Counted from the stretch's first letter, positions 9,146 to 20,276 are shown. The stretch: 64,000 nt of DNA from Betaproteobacteria bacterium (GCA_039930785.1 JBDTTE010000001.1:182-64181), one strand, 5' to 3'. The notes: a model not told the origin generated them from the sequence alone. Numbers and translations are program-made.

Positions 9146-11131
9146 TCACAGCAGGCGTTTTGCCGCGTCGACGACTGCCTCGGCGGTGATGTTGAAGAAT
9201 TTGAACAACTCGCCCGCCGGCGCCGATTCGCCGAAGCGATCCAGTCCGATAACGGCGCCGTCGAGTCCCACATATTTACGCCAGTAGTCGGTGACGCCGG
9301 CTTCCACTGCCACACGCTTCATCGATTTCGGCAGCACGGATTCGCGATACGCCGCGTCCTGGCGGTCGAACACGCCAGTGCATGGCATCGACACGACCCG
9401 GCTCGGGATACCGGCATCGGCCAGCTGCTTTTGCGCGGCCATCGCGAGCGAGAGTTCCGAGCCGGTGCCGATGAGGGCGATTTTCGCGCCGGGCGCATCG
9501 GACAGAACATAACCGCCACGGGCAATCTGCTTGATGCGCTCGGCGTCGCGCGCCTGGAACGGCAGGTTCTGGCGCGAGAACAACAGGCACGACGGGCCGT
9601 CGTGCCGTTCGACGGCCGCGATCCAGGCGACCGCGGATTCCACGGAATCGCAGGGACGCCAGACGTCCATGTGCGGAATCAGGCGCAGGCTCGCCGCATG
9701 TTCGACTGACTGATGCGTGGGGCCGTCTTCGCCGAGGCCGATGGAGTCATGCGTGAATACGAATACCGTGCGGATTTTCATCAGCGCGGCCATGCGCAGC
9801 GCGTTACGGGAATAATCCGAGAAGGTCAGGAAGGTGCCGCCGTAGGGAATCACGCCGCCGTGCAGGGTGAGGCCATTCATGATCGCCGACATGCCGAATT
9901 CGCGCACGCCGTAGTAGACGTAGTTGCCACCGCCGACTTTGTGCACGCCCTTCGCCGCCGGCCACAGGGTGAGGTTAGAGCCCGCAAGGTCGGCGGATCC
10001 GCCTACCAGTTCGGGCAACCCCGCTGCGAGTGCCTCGATCGCATTTTGCGACGCCTTGCGACTGGCAATGGTCTCGGCTTTGGCATTTACTTTGGCTACA
10101 AGCGCGTCGGCCTGCGTACGCCAGTTGGCCGGCAAGTCACCTGCCATGCGGCGCGTGAACTCAGCCGCCTCTGTCGGAAATGCCTTGGCATACGCGGCGA
10201 ACTTTGCGTTCCACTCTTTCTCGAACGCCGCACCTTTGGCCTTCGCGTCCCACCCCGCATAGACGTCGGCGGGAATTTCAAAAGGCGGATAGTTCCAGCC
10301 GATGTTGATGCGCGTCGCGGCCACTTCCTTTTCGCCCAGCGGCGATCCGTGACTGTCATGGCTGCCGGCCTTGTTCGGCGAGCCCTTGCCGATGATGGTC
10401 TTGCAGCAGATCAAGCTGGGCCGGTCGGTGACTTTCTTGCTCTCTTCGATGGCGGCGTGGAGTGCGTTGACGTCGTGGCCGTCGACGTGGGGCACGACAT
10501 GCCAGCCGTAAGCTTCGAAACGCTTCGGCGTGTCATCGGTGAACCAGCCTTCGACATGGCCATCGATGGAGATGCCGTTGTCGTCATAAAACGCCATCAG
10601 CTTGCCCAGGCCCAGCGTGCCCGCCAAGGAGCAGCTCTCGTGCGAAATGCCTTCCATGAGGCAGCCATCGCCGAGAAAAACATAAGTGTGGTGATCGACA
10701 ATCTCGTGGCCGGGCCGGTTGAATTCCGCAGCCATAAGCCTTTCCGCGAGCGCCATGCCGACGCCGTTGGCCAGGCCTTGTCCCAGCGGACCGGTCGTCG
10801 TCTCCACACCGGGGGTCATGCCGAGTTCCGGATGTCCCGGCGTCATCGAATGCAATTGCCGGAAGCGCTTGATCTCGTCCATCGGCAACGCATAGCCACT
10901 CAGATGCAACAGCGCGTATTGCAGCATCGAACCGTGGCCGTTCGAAAGCAGGAATCGATCGCGATCGGGCCATTTTGGATTGGCCGGGTTGTGCCGCAGA
11001 TGGTGGTTCCATAGTTCTTCGGCTATTTCGGCCATCCCCATGGGCATGCCGGGGTGCCCCGAATTGGCTTTCTGTACCGCGTCCATGGCCAGCGCGCGGA
11101 TGGCGTTGGCGAGATCGTTCCTTGTAGCCAT
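9146..11131 (-). CDS. tkt: Transketolase
   Basis: 661-aa ORF with [27 protein letters not shown], a [12 protein letters not shown] ThDP motif and a conserved C-terminal domain. Confidence 0.97.
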   Translation of the reverse strand: MATRNDLANAIRALAMDAVQKANSGHPGMPMGMAEIAEELWNHHLRHNPANPKWPDRDRFLLSNGHGSMLQYALLHLSGYALPMDEIKRFRQLHSMTPGHPELGMTPGVETTTGPLGQGLANGVGMALAERLMAAEFNRPGHEIVDHHTYVFLGDGCLMEGISHESCSLAGTLGLGKLMAFYDDNGISIDGHVEGWFTDDTPKRFEAYGWHVVPHVDGHDVNALHAAIEESKKVTDRPSLICCKTIIGKGSPNKAGSHDSHGSPLGEKEVAATRINIGWNYPPFEIPADVYAGWDAKAKGAAFEKEWNAKFAAYAKAFPTEAAEFTRRMAGDLPANWRTQADALVAKVNAKAETIASRKASQNAIEALAAGLPELVGGSADLAGSNLTLWPAAKGVHKVGGGNYVYYGVREFGMSAIMNGLTLHGGVIPYGGTFLTFSDYSRNALRMAALMKIRTVFVFTHDSIGLGEDGPTHQSVEHAASLRLIPHMDVWRPCDSVESAVAWIAAVERHDGPSCLLFSRQNLPFQARDAERIKQIARGGYVLSDAPGAKIALIGTGSELSLAMAAQKQLADAGIPSRVVSMPCTGVFDRQDAAYRESVLPKSMKRVAVEAGVTDYWRKYVGLDGAVIGLDRFGESAPAGELFKFFNITAEAVVDAAKRLL

Positions 11132-11248
11132 GACTTCCTTGTGTATCGAGGGATCGTGGAGGTCCGGCGCGAGCAGCGCGGGACGGGAAAGCTAGTTTAG
11201 CCGAGGACGGCGGCGTTTATTTGTCAGTACCGCTATTCCTCGGCGCGG

Positions 11249-12508
11249 CTATTCATCGGCCCGGCGCGGCAGCCTGACACCGAGCTGCTTGAGTTTGCGA
11301 TAAAGGTGCGTGCGTTCCAGACCGACCCGCTCGGCGACCCGGCTCATGTTTCCGCCTTCGCGATTCAAGTGGTATTCGAAATACACGCGCTCGAAGGCGT
11401 CGCGCGCTTCGCGCAACTCGCGATCGAGCGGAAAGGTTTGCTCGGGACCTGGCAGCGGTGCATCCAGCATTGCCAGCGCACTGGTCACGTCCGCCACCCC
11501 TATTTCGCTATCGAGTGCGAGCTGGGCGACGGTTTTCACGACGCTTTCGAGTTGCAGCAGGTTGCCTGGCCAATGGTAATTGCGCAGCGTGTTCAATGCC
11601 GCGGTGTTGAACGCGCGCGACGGCACCTCTTTCGCCTCGATTGCGCGCGACAGCACCAGCTTGGCAAGCTCGGGAACGTCTTCCGCCCGCTCGCGCAGCC
11701 CGGGAACGCGCACGATCACGCCGGTCAGCAATGCATACAGCCGGGGCTCGAATTCCCCTTTCGCCACAAGCTCCGCGAGGTCCACCGAACTCGAGGAAAG
11801 CAACCGCGTGTTGTATCGTTCGAGCTTGAGCGCCTGGCTGAGCAGGGTTCGCTGCTGCGTACGTGTCATCTCCCTGACCTCGGAAAGGAACAGGACGCCT
11901 TCCGCGGCCTGCCCCACGAGATTGTTTCCCGGTTGGTCCAGCACTGCGTAATCGTCCGGCGCAACCCACGCGGTATTAGGCTGGTGCAGCAGTTTCGCGC
12001 ATTGCTCCATGCCGGCACCGGGTTCGCCGACGAGTAGTGCAGAAGATTTCAAGGTGCGCAGCCGCTCGAGTTGCGCGCGAAGTTGTTCGACGGCCTGGGA
12101 CTTGCCTACCGTGACCGGTACCGCGGGAGCATGATTCTTGAGCGAGCCCTGCTTGAGGGCCGTGCCGACCGTACTCAGCAGTTTCTGCAAGGCAATCGGT
12201 TTTTCGAGGAAGGCATAGGCACCGATGCGGGTAGCCTCGACGGCCGTATCGATGGTTCCGTGACCGGACATCATGACGACCGGCATCGTCAATTGGCCTG
12301 TGCTGGCCCATTCCTTGAGCAGGGTGATGCCATCGGTGTCGGGCATCCAGATGTCGAGCAGGACCAGGTCCGGTCGCAGCCTTCCGCGTATCTGTCGTGC
12401 TTCGCCGGCATTCTGCGCAAGCCGCACCTGATGGCCCTCGTCGCGCAGGATTTCGGAGAGCAATTCTCTTATGCCGACTTCGTCGTCGACGACCAGTATC
12501 TGGCTCAT
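11249..12508 (-). CDS. ntrX: NtrX-type response regulator (REC + degenerate AAA+ + Fis-type HTH)
   Basis: 419-aa ORF with a REC domain (ILVVDDE...LLDIWMPDTDG), a degenerate AAA+ core and a C-terminal HTH (GNMSRVAERVGLERTHLYRKLKQLG). Shares a 4-nt overlap with ntrY. Confidence 0.85.
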   Translation of the reverse strand: MSQILVVDDEVGIRELLSEILRDEGHQVRLAQNAGEARQIRGRLRPDLVLLDIWMPDTDGITLLKEWASTGQLTMPVVMMSGHGTIDTAVEATRIGAYAFLEKPIALQKLLSTVGTALKQGSLKNHAPAVPVTVGKSQAVEQLRAQLERLRTLKSSALLVGEPGAGMEQCAKLLHQPNTAWVAPDDYAVLDQPGNNLVGQAAEGVLFLSEVREMTRTQQRTLLSQALKLERYNTRLLSSSSVDLAELVAKGEFEPRLYALLTGVIVRVPGLRERAEDVPELAKLVLSRAIEAKEVPSRAFNTAALNTLRNYHWPGNLLQLESVVKTVAQLALDSEIGVADVTSALAMLDAPLPGPEQTFPLDRELREARDAFERVYFEYHLNREGGNMSRVAERVGLERTHLYRKLKQLGVRLPRRADE

Positions 12509-14733
12509 ATGCCCGCCAACCTGTTCTGGCGAAATTCCACGACTTTGGCGGTGGTCGGCGGCAACACCATGGTGACGCTGGCGCCGCCCGCCGGGTGGTT
12601 GGTGAGGGTAACCCTGCCATTGTGCTCCTCCACGATCTTGCGCACGATGGCCAGGCCGAGCCCGGTGCCCTTCGATTTCGTGGTGACGTACGGCTCGAAC
12701 AATTGGTCCATCAATGCCTCCGGAAAACCGGCGCCGTTATCGCGCAAGGTCAATTGCACCCCGGCATCGGTCGCTTCGGTTCGCACGACTATCCGCGGCG
12801 CGACGACGTCCGCAACGGCCTGCTCCGCGTTTTGCAACAGATTGTGGATGACCTGCCTGAGCTTTGCCGTATCGCCAGCGACCAGCGGCAGATCCGCGGC
12901 CAGTTCGAGTTGCATCGCCGGCCGCGACGATTCGTACAAGCCCAGCACCTCGCGGATCAGCTGGTTCAGGTCGAGCGGTTGCAGGTCCGGGACCGGCGAG
13001 CGTGCGTACAGGCTGAATGCGTCGACCATCGCCTTCAGCGCGGCCACCTGGTTGACGATGGTCTGCGTGGAACGCTGCAGGATTTCAGCATCCGGCGCCG
13101 ACAGCTTGTCGGACAATCGGTGCTGTATCCGCTCCGCGGACAGCTGGATCGGGGTGAGCGGATTCTTGATCTCATGCGCCAGTCGCTGCGCAACCTCGCC
13201 CCAAGCCGCAAGGCGCTGCGCCTGGCGCATGCGCGTTATATCGTCGAACACCAGCACCATTCCGGATTGGGTGTCGGCGGACAGGCTCGATCCGCGCAGC
13301 AGGAGAACTTGCGGACCGCTGGCGCCGGGCAACTCCACCTGCGTCTCGCACGGTTCGTCGCGCGCCTTCTCCAGGGTTTCGCGCACCGCTCGGCCCACCG
13401 CACCCAGCCGACGGTCGCGTTGCGCCCACTCGTCCGGATGGGTCGCGATCAAGTCGCGAACGTCCACGCCGAGGATGCGTTCGGCACTGGGGTTGGCCGA
13501 GCGCAGGCGCAGCTCCGCATCGAAGGACATCACGCCGGCGGAGAGATTGCCGAGCACGCTTTCGAGGTAGATCTTGGCGGCGGCCACCTGCTCCTGGTTG
13601 CGCTGCGCATCGGCCTGCGCGTCCGCTAGCTGCATGGTCATGATGTTGAAGGATTCGGTGAGCATCCCGAGTTCGTCATGCGATTTCACCGTATGGCGCT
13701 GGCTGAAATCGCCTTGCGCAACCGCACGGGTGCCTGCAGCCAATACGCCCAGCGGGGCGGAAAGGCGGCCGCTGAACAGGATCGCGAGCAGCAATGCGGA
13801 AAGCAGCGCCAGCAGCAACGATAGCGTCAGGGTCAGCGCGTACATGCGCTTCAATCCGAGCCGGGATAACGACAGTTCCTGGTAGTCGCGATAGATCTCC
13901 TGCACGGTTTGCGCGTCGCGCGCCAGCGCAGTCGGCACCGGCTGTATCAGCTGCAAAAGGAGGGTTGCACCGCTCATGTCGTTGACCGGAACCAGCACCC
14001 GCAATTGCAGTCCGCGTTCGGCGAGCGCCTCGATTGCGCTGTACGGTTGTTGCATGCGCACCCTGCGCACCACGGAGGGCGACGGCAATTCCGGAACCAG
14101 GCTGGTTGAATCGGCGCTGGAAAAGGTAATGACCGAACCATCCGTGCGCAGCAACGTTGCTTCATTCACGGCGAACTGCTCGCGCAGTCCGTTCAACGTC
14201 GCCAGCTGCCGCGACGAACTGCGTTCCGCGAGCGCGAGCGTCATCGAATCGGCCTTGCTGCGCAATTCCTTGAGCATGTTGTCGAGGTTCACGCGCCCCA
14301 GGCTCAAGCCACCCTCGAGCGCCTTTTCCACACGCACGTCGAACCAGGATTCGATGGAACGCGACAGGAATTGCACGGACACGGCGTACACCAGCGCGCC
14401 AGGCAATACCGCCACCAGCGCGAACAGCAGGACCAGCCGCAACGTCAGCTTCGAGCCGAATACACGTGCGATCAAACGCCGGCGCAGTAACAGCAATTGA
14501 TAACCGACGACGAGCATCAGGATCAGGACCAAGCCCGAGCCGAGGGCGAGCAACATCGGCAGGTCGCTCGAGAACCAGGTCTTGTTCACGCTGGCGCTGG
14601 CACCGGACAGCAGGTAGAGCATGACGGCGCCGAGCGAAAGCACGAACGTGATCAACACCTGCATGCCTCGGCTGCGCAGGGACCGGCGGACGATACGCGC
14701 GAGGTTCATTGCGGTATCGTCCAGCGAAACCAT
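12505..14733 (-). CDS. ntrY: NtrY-type sensor histidine kinase (TM, HAMP, PAS, HisKA, HATPase)
   Basis: 742-aa ORF with N-terminal TM helices, an H-box (AHEIKNPLTPIQLSAERI) and ATPase G-boxes (DNGAGF, GTGLGLAIV). Confidence 0.88.
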   Translation of the reverse strand: MVSLDDTAMNLARIVRRSLRSRGMQVLITFVLSLGAVMLYLLSGASASVNKTWFSSDLPMLLALGSGLVLILMLVVGYQLLLLRRRLIARVFGSKLTLRLVLLFALVAVLPGALVYAVSVQFLSRSIESWFDVRVEKALEGGLSLGRVNLDNMLKELRSKADSMTLALAERSSSRQLATLNGLREQFAVNEATLLRTDGSVITFSSADSTSLVPELPSPSVVRRVRMQQPYSAIEALAERGLQLRVLVPVNDMSGATLLLQLIQPVPTALARDAQTVQEIYRDYQELSLSRLGLKRMYALTLTLSLLLALLSALLLAILFSGRLSAPLGVLAAGTRAVAQGDFSQRHTVKSHDELGMLTESFNIMTMQLADAQADAQRNQEQVAAAKIYLESVLGNLSAGVMSFDAELRLRSANPSAERILGVDVRDLIATHPDEWAQRDRRLGAVGRAVRETLEKARDEPCETQVELPGASGPQVLLLRGSSLSADTQSGMVLVFDDITRMRQAQRLAAWGEVAQRLAHEIKNPLTPIQLSAERIQHRLSDKLSAPDAEILQRSTQTIVNQVAALKAMVDAFSLYARSPVPDLQPLDLNQLIREVLGLYESSRPAMQLELAADLPLVAGDTAKLRQVIHNLLQNAEQAVADVVAPRIVVRTEATDAGVQLTLRDNGAGFPEALMDQLFEPYVTTKSKGTGLGLAIVRKIVEEHNGRVTLTNHPAGGASVTMVLPPTTAKVVEFRQNRLAGI

Positions 14734-15320
14734 TCGGACGCAAGGTTCCAGTCGCGCGAGGCGAGCGCGTTGATCTGGAACGGCTTGGGCAGTTGCGACA
14801 CGTCGAGTCGCATGCGAATGGTCGCTTCGTAAGCCTTGCCTTCATCCAGCAGGTCGGTGTCACCCACAAAGCGCGGGCGCACGCGGCCGAGCAGCGCCAG
14901 CGCTTCGTCGAGCGAATCGAAATTCTGATGCAACGCGCCAGTCGACAGGCGGTACTGGCGCGTCAACGCGTTATAGGAAAGGCGGGACTGCTGGCGGAAC
15001 TCCAGGACGGACTTGTTCCACAGGTACAGCGTGTACCAGCGCGGTTTGATCAGTTCAAATTCGACAATGAAATGCAGGGGCAGGCCCTTGTTGAGGGCGT
15101 CCTCGAGCGTATGCGTAAGCCCGACTTCAAAATTCGCATCCAGATAGTACTCGTTGCCATTGCGGGAGAGTTCCGCGGATTGCACATGGATGCCTTCACC
15201 GGCCGCCGCCGTGCCGCACCAGGCGAAGCACAGCACCAGCAGCCAGCGCAGGAAATCATTCCTTGCGCAGCAGGGCGTAGTAGAAACCATCGTGCTCGTG
15301 GTCCGGGAGAAGCAAGCCAT
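14706..15320 (-). CDS. DUF4390-like secreted protein
   Basis: 204-aa ORF with a signal-like FLRWLLVLCFAWCGTAAA. It lies between rsmB and ntrY, a position where I recall a DUF4390 gene in betaproteobacteria. The start is uncertain (alternative Met at 15290). Confidence 0.6.
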   Translation of the reverse strand: MACFSRTTSTMVSTTPCCARNDFLRWLLVLCFAWCGTAAAGEGIHVQSAELSRNGNEYYLDANFEVGLTHTLEDALNKGLPLHFIVEFELIKPRWYTLYLWNKSVLEFRQQSRLSYNALTRQYRLSTGALHQNFDSLDEALALLGRVRPRFVGDTDLLDEGKAYEATIRMRLDVSQLPKPFQINALASRDWNLASEWFRWTIPQ

Positions 15321-16521
15321 CGCGTCCCGGCATTCCTCCCAGAATGTGCGCGTCGGCGTGGCGCGTCGCGAAATCGTCGGTCATCGCGCGATCCTCCTCG
15401 GTGAAAACCGAACAGGTCGCGTAGAGCAATTTACCACCACGGGCCAGCACCTTCCACAAGGCATCGAGCAACTGTCGCTGCTGATCGGCGAACGCCGCGA
15501 TGTCCTGCGGCCTGCGCAGCCATTTGATGTCGGGATGCCGCCTCACAACGCCTGAAGCCGAGCAGGGTGCATCGAGCAGCACGCGGTCGAAGGGCTTGCC
15601 GTCCCACCACGCGTCCAGCCGTGCGGCATCGGCAGCCTGCAAGCGCGCCGCCAACCCGAGACGATCCAGCGTGGCGCCCACGCGTTGCAATCGCACGGCG
15701 TCGGCGTCGAGCGCGGTCATGTCGACATTCGCCATTTCCAGTATGTGTGCGGTCTTTCCGCCGGGCGCGGCACACGCGTCCAGTATGCGCAAACCGTCCT
15801 GGACATCCAGCAGGCGCGCCGCGAGTTGCGCGCCGGCGTCCTGGACCGAAACATCACCGTCGCTGAATCCCGGCAACCGCTCGACCGGTACCGGTCGCGT
15901 CAGGATCAGCGCTTCGTTTTCCAGGTGCCGCGCTTCGAGACCTGCGTCCTGCAGTCGTGACAGGTATGTGGGCGCATCGACGCGCCGCCTGTTGACGCGC
16001 AATGTCATCGGCGGATGCAGGTTGCCTGCTGCCAGCACACCGTCGGCCTCGGCACCGAGCTCCTGCCGGATTTTTTCTATCCACCACGGGGCGTACGAAT
16101 AGCGACCCGCGTCGCTGGCCTCCGCGTGCGCCAGTAACGCGTCGCGGCGGCGCTGGAAGTTGCGCAATACCGCGTTGACGAACGGGCGCGCGCGCGCGCC
16201 GCCGAATTGCTCCGCGCATTCGACGGCATGATCGACGATGGCGTAAGGCGCCGCCTCGCTGTACTGGAGCTGGTAGATCGCAGCAAGGAGCAGGGATTTG
16301 AGTTCCGGTGTCGCAATCGGCCTGGGCGCGAGCTCGTCGAGAATGGTGCGTAACTTTCCGAGGTGCCGCAACGTGCCGTAGGAGATATCCTGGATTGCGC
16401 CGCGCTCGGAAGCGCTCAGTTGCCGGTTGCCTTTCCAGGTTGCATCCAGGACCGCGGTGAGACTCGCCCCCGCGAGGACATTCGTCACGGCCTGCGCGGC
16501 GCAGAGCTGGATTTGCAGCAC
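15256..16521 (-). CDS. rsmB: 16S rRNA (cytosine967-C5)-methyltransferase
   Basis: 421-aa ORF with a NusB-like N-terminal domain and a SAM MTase core (ILDACAAPGGKT, DRVLLDAPCSASGVVRRHPDIKW). Confidence 0.92.
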   Translation of the reverse strand: MLQIQLCAAQAVTNVLAGASLTAVLDATWKGNRQLSASERGAIQDISYGTLRHLGKLRTILDELAPRPIATPELKSLLLAAIYQLQYSEAAPYAIVDHAVECAEQFGGARARPFVNAVLRNFQRRRDALLAHAEASDAGRYSYAPWWIEKIRQELGAEADGVLAAGNLHPPMTLRVNRRRVDAPTYLSRLQDAGLEARHLENEALILTRPVPVERLPGFSDGDVSVQDAGAQLAARLLDVQDGLRILDACAAPGGKTAHILEMANVDMTALDADAVRLQRVGATLDRLGLAARLQAADAARLDAWWDGKPFDRVLLDAPCSASGVVRRHPDIKWLRRPQDIAAFADQQRQLLDALWKVLARGGKLLYATCSVFTEEDRAMTDDFATRHADAHILGGMPGRDGLLLPDHEHDGFYYALLRKE

Positions 16522-16533
16522 GGGGTCTTGCGC

Positions 16534-17463
16534 CTAGGTGCCGAAACGCGCGCCCGTGGGCAGCGTAGTGCCGCGCAGGAAGCTCGCGATGGACAGGCGT
16601 TTACCGCCTGCCTTTTGCAGTTCTGTAACGTTGAAAATGCCGCTGCCGCAAGCCACTTCGAGGCTGTCCGCCGTGCAGCGCAAGACCTCGCCCGGCGTTC
16701 CACCGCTGCCGGCGCCGGTGTGTCCCCGCCAGACCTTCACCGGCTCGCCACCGAGGCGGCTGAATGCGCCGGGAAACGGATTAAAGGCGCGAACCGCCCT
16801 GTCCACGTCCAACGCGTCGCGCTTCCAGTCGATCTCGGCTTCAGCCTTGATGATCTTGTTCGCGTAGGTAATGCCGGTTCCGGATTGCGGCGAGGCGGTC
16901 AGCTCACCACGCTCGATGCGCGGCAACGCTTCGACGATGCAACGCCCGCCCAGCTCGGCCAGTTTGTCGTGCAGCGACGCGGCAGAGTCTTCCGCCAGCA
17001 ACTCAATCGTCCTTGAGAAGTAAACCGGGCCGGTGTCGAGCCCCTGTTCCATGTGCATGATCGAGATGCCGGTTTCACGATCGCCGGCCAGGATAGCGCG
17101 CTGGATGGGCGCGGCCCCGCGCCAGCGCGGCAGCAGTGATGCATGGATGTTGATGCAACCAAACGGAAACGCATACAGGACGGCCGCAGGCAGGATCAAT
17201 CCGTACGCCGCCACAACCAGGGCATGCGCACCGCTCGCTCGCAACGACGCGGGGAGATCGTCGTTGCGCAGGTGGGGCGGCTGCGCGATTGCCAGCTTTT
17301 GCCGCAGGGCAAGTTGCTTGACCGCACTCGCGGACTCCTGCAGGCCGCGACCCGCCGGACGATCGGGCTGCGTCAGTACCAGCGCAATATCGAACTTTGC
17401 GTCGATCAAGTTTTGCAGCGCAATGGCCGCAAATACAGGCGTGCCCGCAAAAGCGATACGCAT
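16534..17463 (-). CDS. fmt: Methionyl-tRNA formyltransferase
   Basis: 309-aa ORF with [32 protein letters not shown], and def-fmt synteny. Confidence 0.96.
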   Translation of the reverse strand: MRIAFAGTPVFAAIALQNLIDAKFDIALVLTQPDRPAGRGLQESASAVKQLALRQKLAIAQPPHLRNDDLPASLRASGAHALVVAAYGLILPAAVLYAFPFGCINIHASLLPRWRGAAPIQRAILAGDRETGISIMHMEQGLDTGPVYFSRTIELLAEDSAASLHDKLAELGGRCIVEALPRIERGELTASPQSGTGITYANKIIKAEAEIDWKRDALDVDRAVRAFNPFPGAFSRLGGEPVKVWRGHTGAGSGGTPGEVLRCTADSLEVACGSGIFNVTELQKAGGKRLSIASFLRGTTLPTGARFGT

Positions 17464-17966
17464 CAGAGAGTTTGCCGTTGCTGTTTTTTGAGCTTGTCGG
17501 CTATGCGCTTTTGCTTGAGCTGCGATAAGTACTCGACGAAAACCCTGCCTTTCAGGTGATCCATTTCATGCTGCATGCAGACCGAAAGCAGGCCATCGCT
17601 TTCGACTTCGAAAATTTTTCCGTCCAGATTCAGGGCCTGCACCCTTACCCATTCGGCGCGTCTGACATTCTCGAAAATGCCGGGGACGGACAGGCAGCCC
17701 TCCTCGCAATCCGACTCGCCGCGGGACGCCAGGATTTTCGGGTTGATCAACACCAGCAGGTTGTCATGGGTTTCCGAGATGTCGATGACGATCACCCGCT
17801 TGTGGACATCGACCTGGGTAGCTGCAAGGCCAACGCCGGGGGCGGCGTACATGGTTTGCGCCATGTCGCGCACCAGGGTGCGAATTTCGTCGTCCACCGC
17901 CATGACCGGGGCGGCAATCTTGTGCAGCCTCGGGTCGGGATAGTGAATGATTGGCAGAAGGGCCAT
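17463..17966 (-). CDS. def: Peptide deformylase
   Basis: 167-aa ORF with the [14 protein letters not shown] and HEMDHL motifs. Confidence 0.97.
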   Translation of the reverse strand: MALLPIIHYPDPRLHKIAAPVMAVDDEIRTLVRDMAQTMYAAPGVGLAATQVDVHKRVIVIDISETHDNLLVLINPKILASRGESDCEEGCLSVPGIFENVRRAEWVRVQALNLDGKIFEVESDGLLSVCMQHEMDHLKGRVFVEYLSQLKQKRIADKLKKQQRQTL

Positions 17967-18086
17967 AAATGCTTGCTAATTTAACAAACTATCTTCAGAA
18001 TTTAATGCAAAATATCGATTGTGTGCCAAATTCGCGTTGGCGCTTGCGCAAAGCGGAATTCCGGAACGAGGAAATGGGGGCCTGAG

Positions 18087-19178
18087 ATGGGCAAATCAAT
18101 TATATCGCTGCTGATCGTTGCAGCCTGGACTTGCAGCGCCTGGACTTTGGGAGCTCAGGCAGACGAAATCCAGATTGCCGAGAACGCTCCCGACCGTTAC
18201 GTCGTGGTCAAGGGCGATACGCTGTGGGGCATCTCCGGGAAATTCCTCAAGGATCCGTGGCGCTGGCCCGACGTGTGGGGACTGAACAAGGACGAAATCA
18301 AGAATCCGCACTGGATCTATCCGGGCGACGTGGTAATTCTCGATTTCACCGGCAAAACCCCGCGTCTGCGTAAGGACGGCAGCCCCGGCGGTAGCGACGG
18401 CGAAGGCAGCAATGTCGATTGGCAACTGGTCAATTCCAAACTGAGTCCCTCTATTCGCCGGCAGTCGCTGGCAGTCGGGGCAATCAGCAGCATTCCAACT
18501 TCAGCCATCCGTCCCTTCCTCGGCAGGCCGCTGGTAATGGGAGAAGACGAACTGAAGGTGGCACCAACCCTGATCGCAGGGCAGGAAACACGTGTGGTGC
18601 TATCGGCCGGTGACACGGCTTTCGCCAAAGGTGTGGTTCGGGAAGAGAACAATGCGTGGAACGTCGTCCGGCCCGGCCGCACACTGACGGATCCCGACAG
18701 CAAGGAAGTGCTGGGCCTCGAGTTGATCTACCTTGGCGATGCCCAGGTCACCGAATTCGCGGACGTCAGTACCGTTGTGCTGACCAACGCAAGGCAGGAA
18801 GTCGAACCGGGTGACCGGCTGGCGCGAACCCCCCCGATGGAAGGGGTGGCTTACGTTCCGCATGCACCGAGCGGGACCATCAAGGGTCGCGTGATTGGCG
18901 GTCCGGACGACAGCTTCTCCGAAATTTCTTCCAGACAGGTCGTAATCATCAATCGCGGCGCCCGCGAAGGTGTCGAGGTCGGTCACGTGCTGGCCTTGTA
19001 TCGCGATCGGCCGTCCGTTAAGCCGGCCAACGCGGTCGATCCGAAGGAAAGGGTCAAACTGCCGGCCGAGCGCTATGGCGTTGTCTTCGTGTTTCGAGTT
19101 TTCGACAAGCTTTCTTACGGCCTGGTGCTGAATTCAACACGGCCGGTCAACGTTCTCGACGTCGTCCAGAATCCATAG
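18087..19178 (+). CDS. LysM peptidoglycan-binding domain protein (secreted)
   Basis: ORF track start is 18021. The likely start is the ATG at 18087 (MGKSIISLLIVAAWTCSAWTLGAQA signal peptide). LysM block: YVVVKGDTLWGISGKFLKDPWRWPDVW. The position upstream of dprA is a common synteny. Confidence 0.85.
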   Translation: MGKSIISLLIVAAWTCSAWTLGAQADEIQIAENAPDRYVVVKGDTLWGISGKFLKDPWRWPDVWGLNKDEIKNPHWIYPGDVVILDFTGKTPRLRKDGSPGGSDGEGSNVDWQLVNSKLSPSIRRQSLAVGAISSIPTSAIRPFLGRPLVMGEDELKVAPTLIAGQETRVVLSAGDTAFAKGVVREENNAWNVVRPGRTLTDPDSKEVLGLELIYLGDAQVTEFADVSTVVLTNARQEVEPGDRLARTPPMEGVAYVPHAPSGTIKGRVIGGPDDSFSEISSRQVVIINRGAREGVEVGHVLALYRDRPSVKPANAVDPKERVKLPAERYGVVFVFRVFDKLSYGLVLNSTRPVNVLDVVQNP

Positions 19179-19193
19179 GGTCCCGACCGGCAA

Positions 19194-20276
19194 ATGCCGA
19201 CTGACCAGGAAGTACTTGCCTGGCTTCGGCTGGGCCTGGTCGCAGAGTTAACGCCGTCGGGCTTTCGCCAGCTCCTTGCCGCCCTTGGTAGTCCCGAAGC
19301 GATCTGCTCGGCGGACCGGGCGACCCTGTCGCGCACGGTGGCGCAGGATGTCGCCGCCGCCATAGTTCGCGGACCTGATGCGTCACGATTGCAGGCTGGT
19401 TTCGAATGGTTGCGGGATCCCGCCAATCGCATCGTCACGCTCGCCGATGCCGCCTACCCGCGACTGCTCCTCGAAATAACTGACCCGCCGCCCCTTCTCT
19501 ACGCGAAAGGCAACGTCGAACTGCTCAATCACGCGGCGCTCGCAGTCGTCGGCAGCCGCAATGCCACGCCGCAGGGAATCGACAACGCACGCGCATTTTC
19601 GCGCGAGCTTTCCGTGGGCGGGTTCAGCATCGTGAGCGGACTCGCGCTCGGGATCGATGCGGCCGCCCATGAGGGCGGACTCGAGGCGCCGTCCTCGTCG
19701 ATCGCAGTGGTCGGTACCGGCCTCGACATCGTTTACCCCGCTCGCAATCGAGATCTGGCACATCGCCTTGCCCATCAGGGCCTGATCATTTCCGAATTCG
19801 CGCTGGGAATGCCGGCACTTGCTTCAAATTTTCCGCGTCGAAATCGCCTGATCAGCGGCCTGTCCCGAGGTTGCCTGGTGGTCGAAGCGGCCTTGAAGAG
19901 CGGTTCGCTGATTACGGCGCGTTACGCCCTGGAACAGGGTCGCGAAGTATTCGCAATCCCGGGTTCCATCCATTCGCCGCTGTCGAAGGGTTGTCATCTG
20001 CTCATCAAGCAGGGCGCAAAACTTGCCGAAAGCGGCCGCGACATTCTCGAAGAACTAGGCACCGTTTCGAAAACGCTGCCGGCTGGCCACGCACCGGGCG
20101 AAAGCGTCCCGGAGAATCCATTGCTGACCGCGCTGGGATACGATCCGGTGGATCTGGATACGTTGTGCGAACGCAGTGGCTTGACTGCGGATAGCGCTTC
20201 GGCGATGCTGTTGACGCTGGAACTCGAAGGCGTCGTGAGCCGCGTTCCGGGCGGCAAGTTCCAGCGCTTGCGCTAG
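19194..20276 (+). CDS. dprA: DNA-processing protein DprA
   Basis: 360-aa ORF with a Rossmann-like core (VVGSRNATPQG...SGLALGIDAAAHEG...VVGTGLDIVYP...FPRRNRLISGLS). Confidence 0.93.
   Translation: MPTDQEVLAWLRLGLVAELTPSGFRQLLAALGSPEAICSADRATLSRTVAQDVAAAIVRGPDASRLQAGFEWLRDPANRIVTLADAAYPRLLLEITDPPPLLYAKGNVELLNHAALAVVGSRNATPQGIDNARAFSRELSVGGFSIVSGLALGIDAAAHEGGLEAPSSSIAVVGTGLDIVYPARNRDLAHRLAHQGLIISEFALGMPALASNFPRRNRLISGLSRGCLVVEAALKSGSLITARYALEQGREVFAIPGSIHSPLSKGCHLLIKQGAKLAESGRDILEELGTVSKTLPAGHAPGESVPENPLLTALGYDPVDLDTLCERSGLTADSASAMLLTLELEGVVSRVPGGKFQRLR

Noticed and set aside
7958-9709. 583-aa plus-strand ORF (also 9713..11014, 433 aa)
   Set aside because: Both are antisense to SemiSWEET/glk/tkt and are shadow ORFs of a high-GC region.
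12071-13570. 499-aa and 410-aa plus-strand ORFs over ntrX/ntrY
   Set aside because: They are antisense to clearly conserved two-component genes and have no domain signatures.
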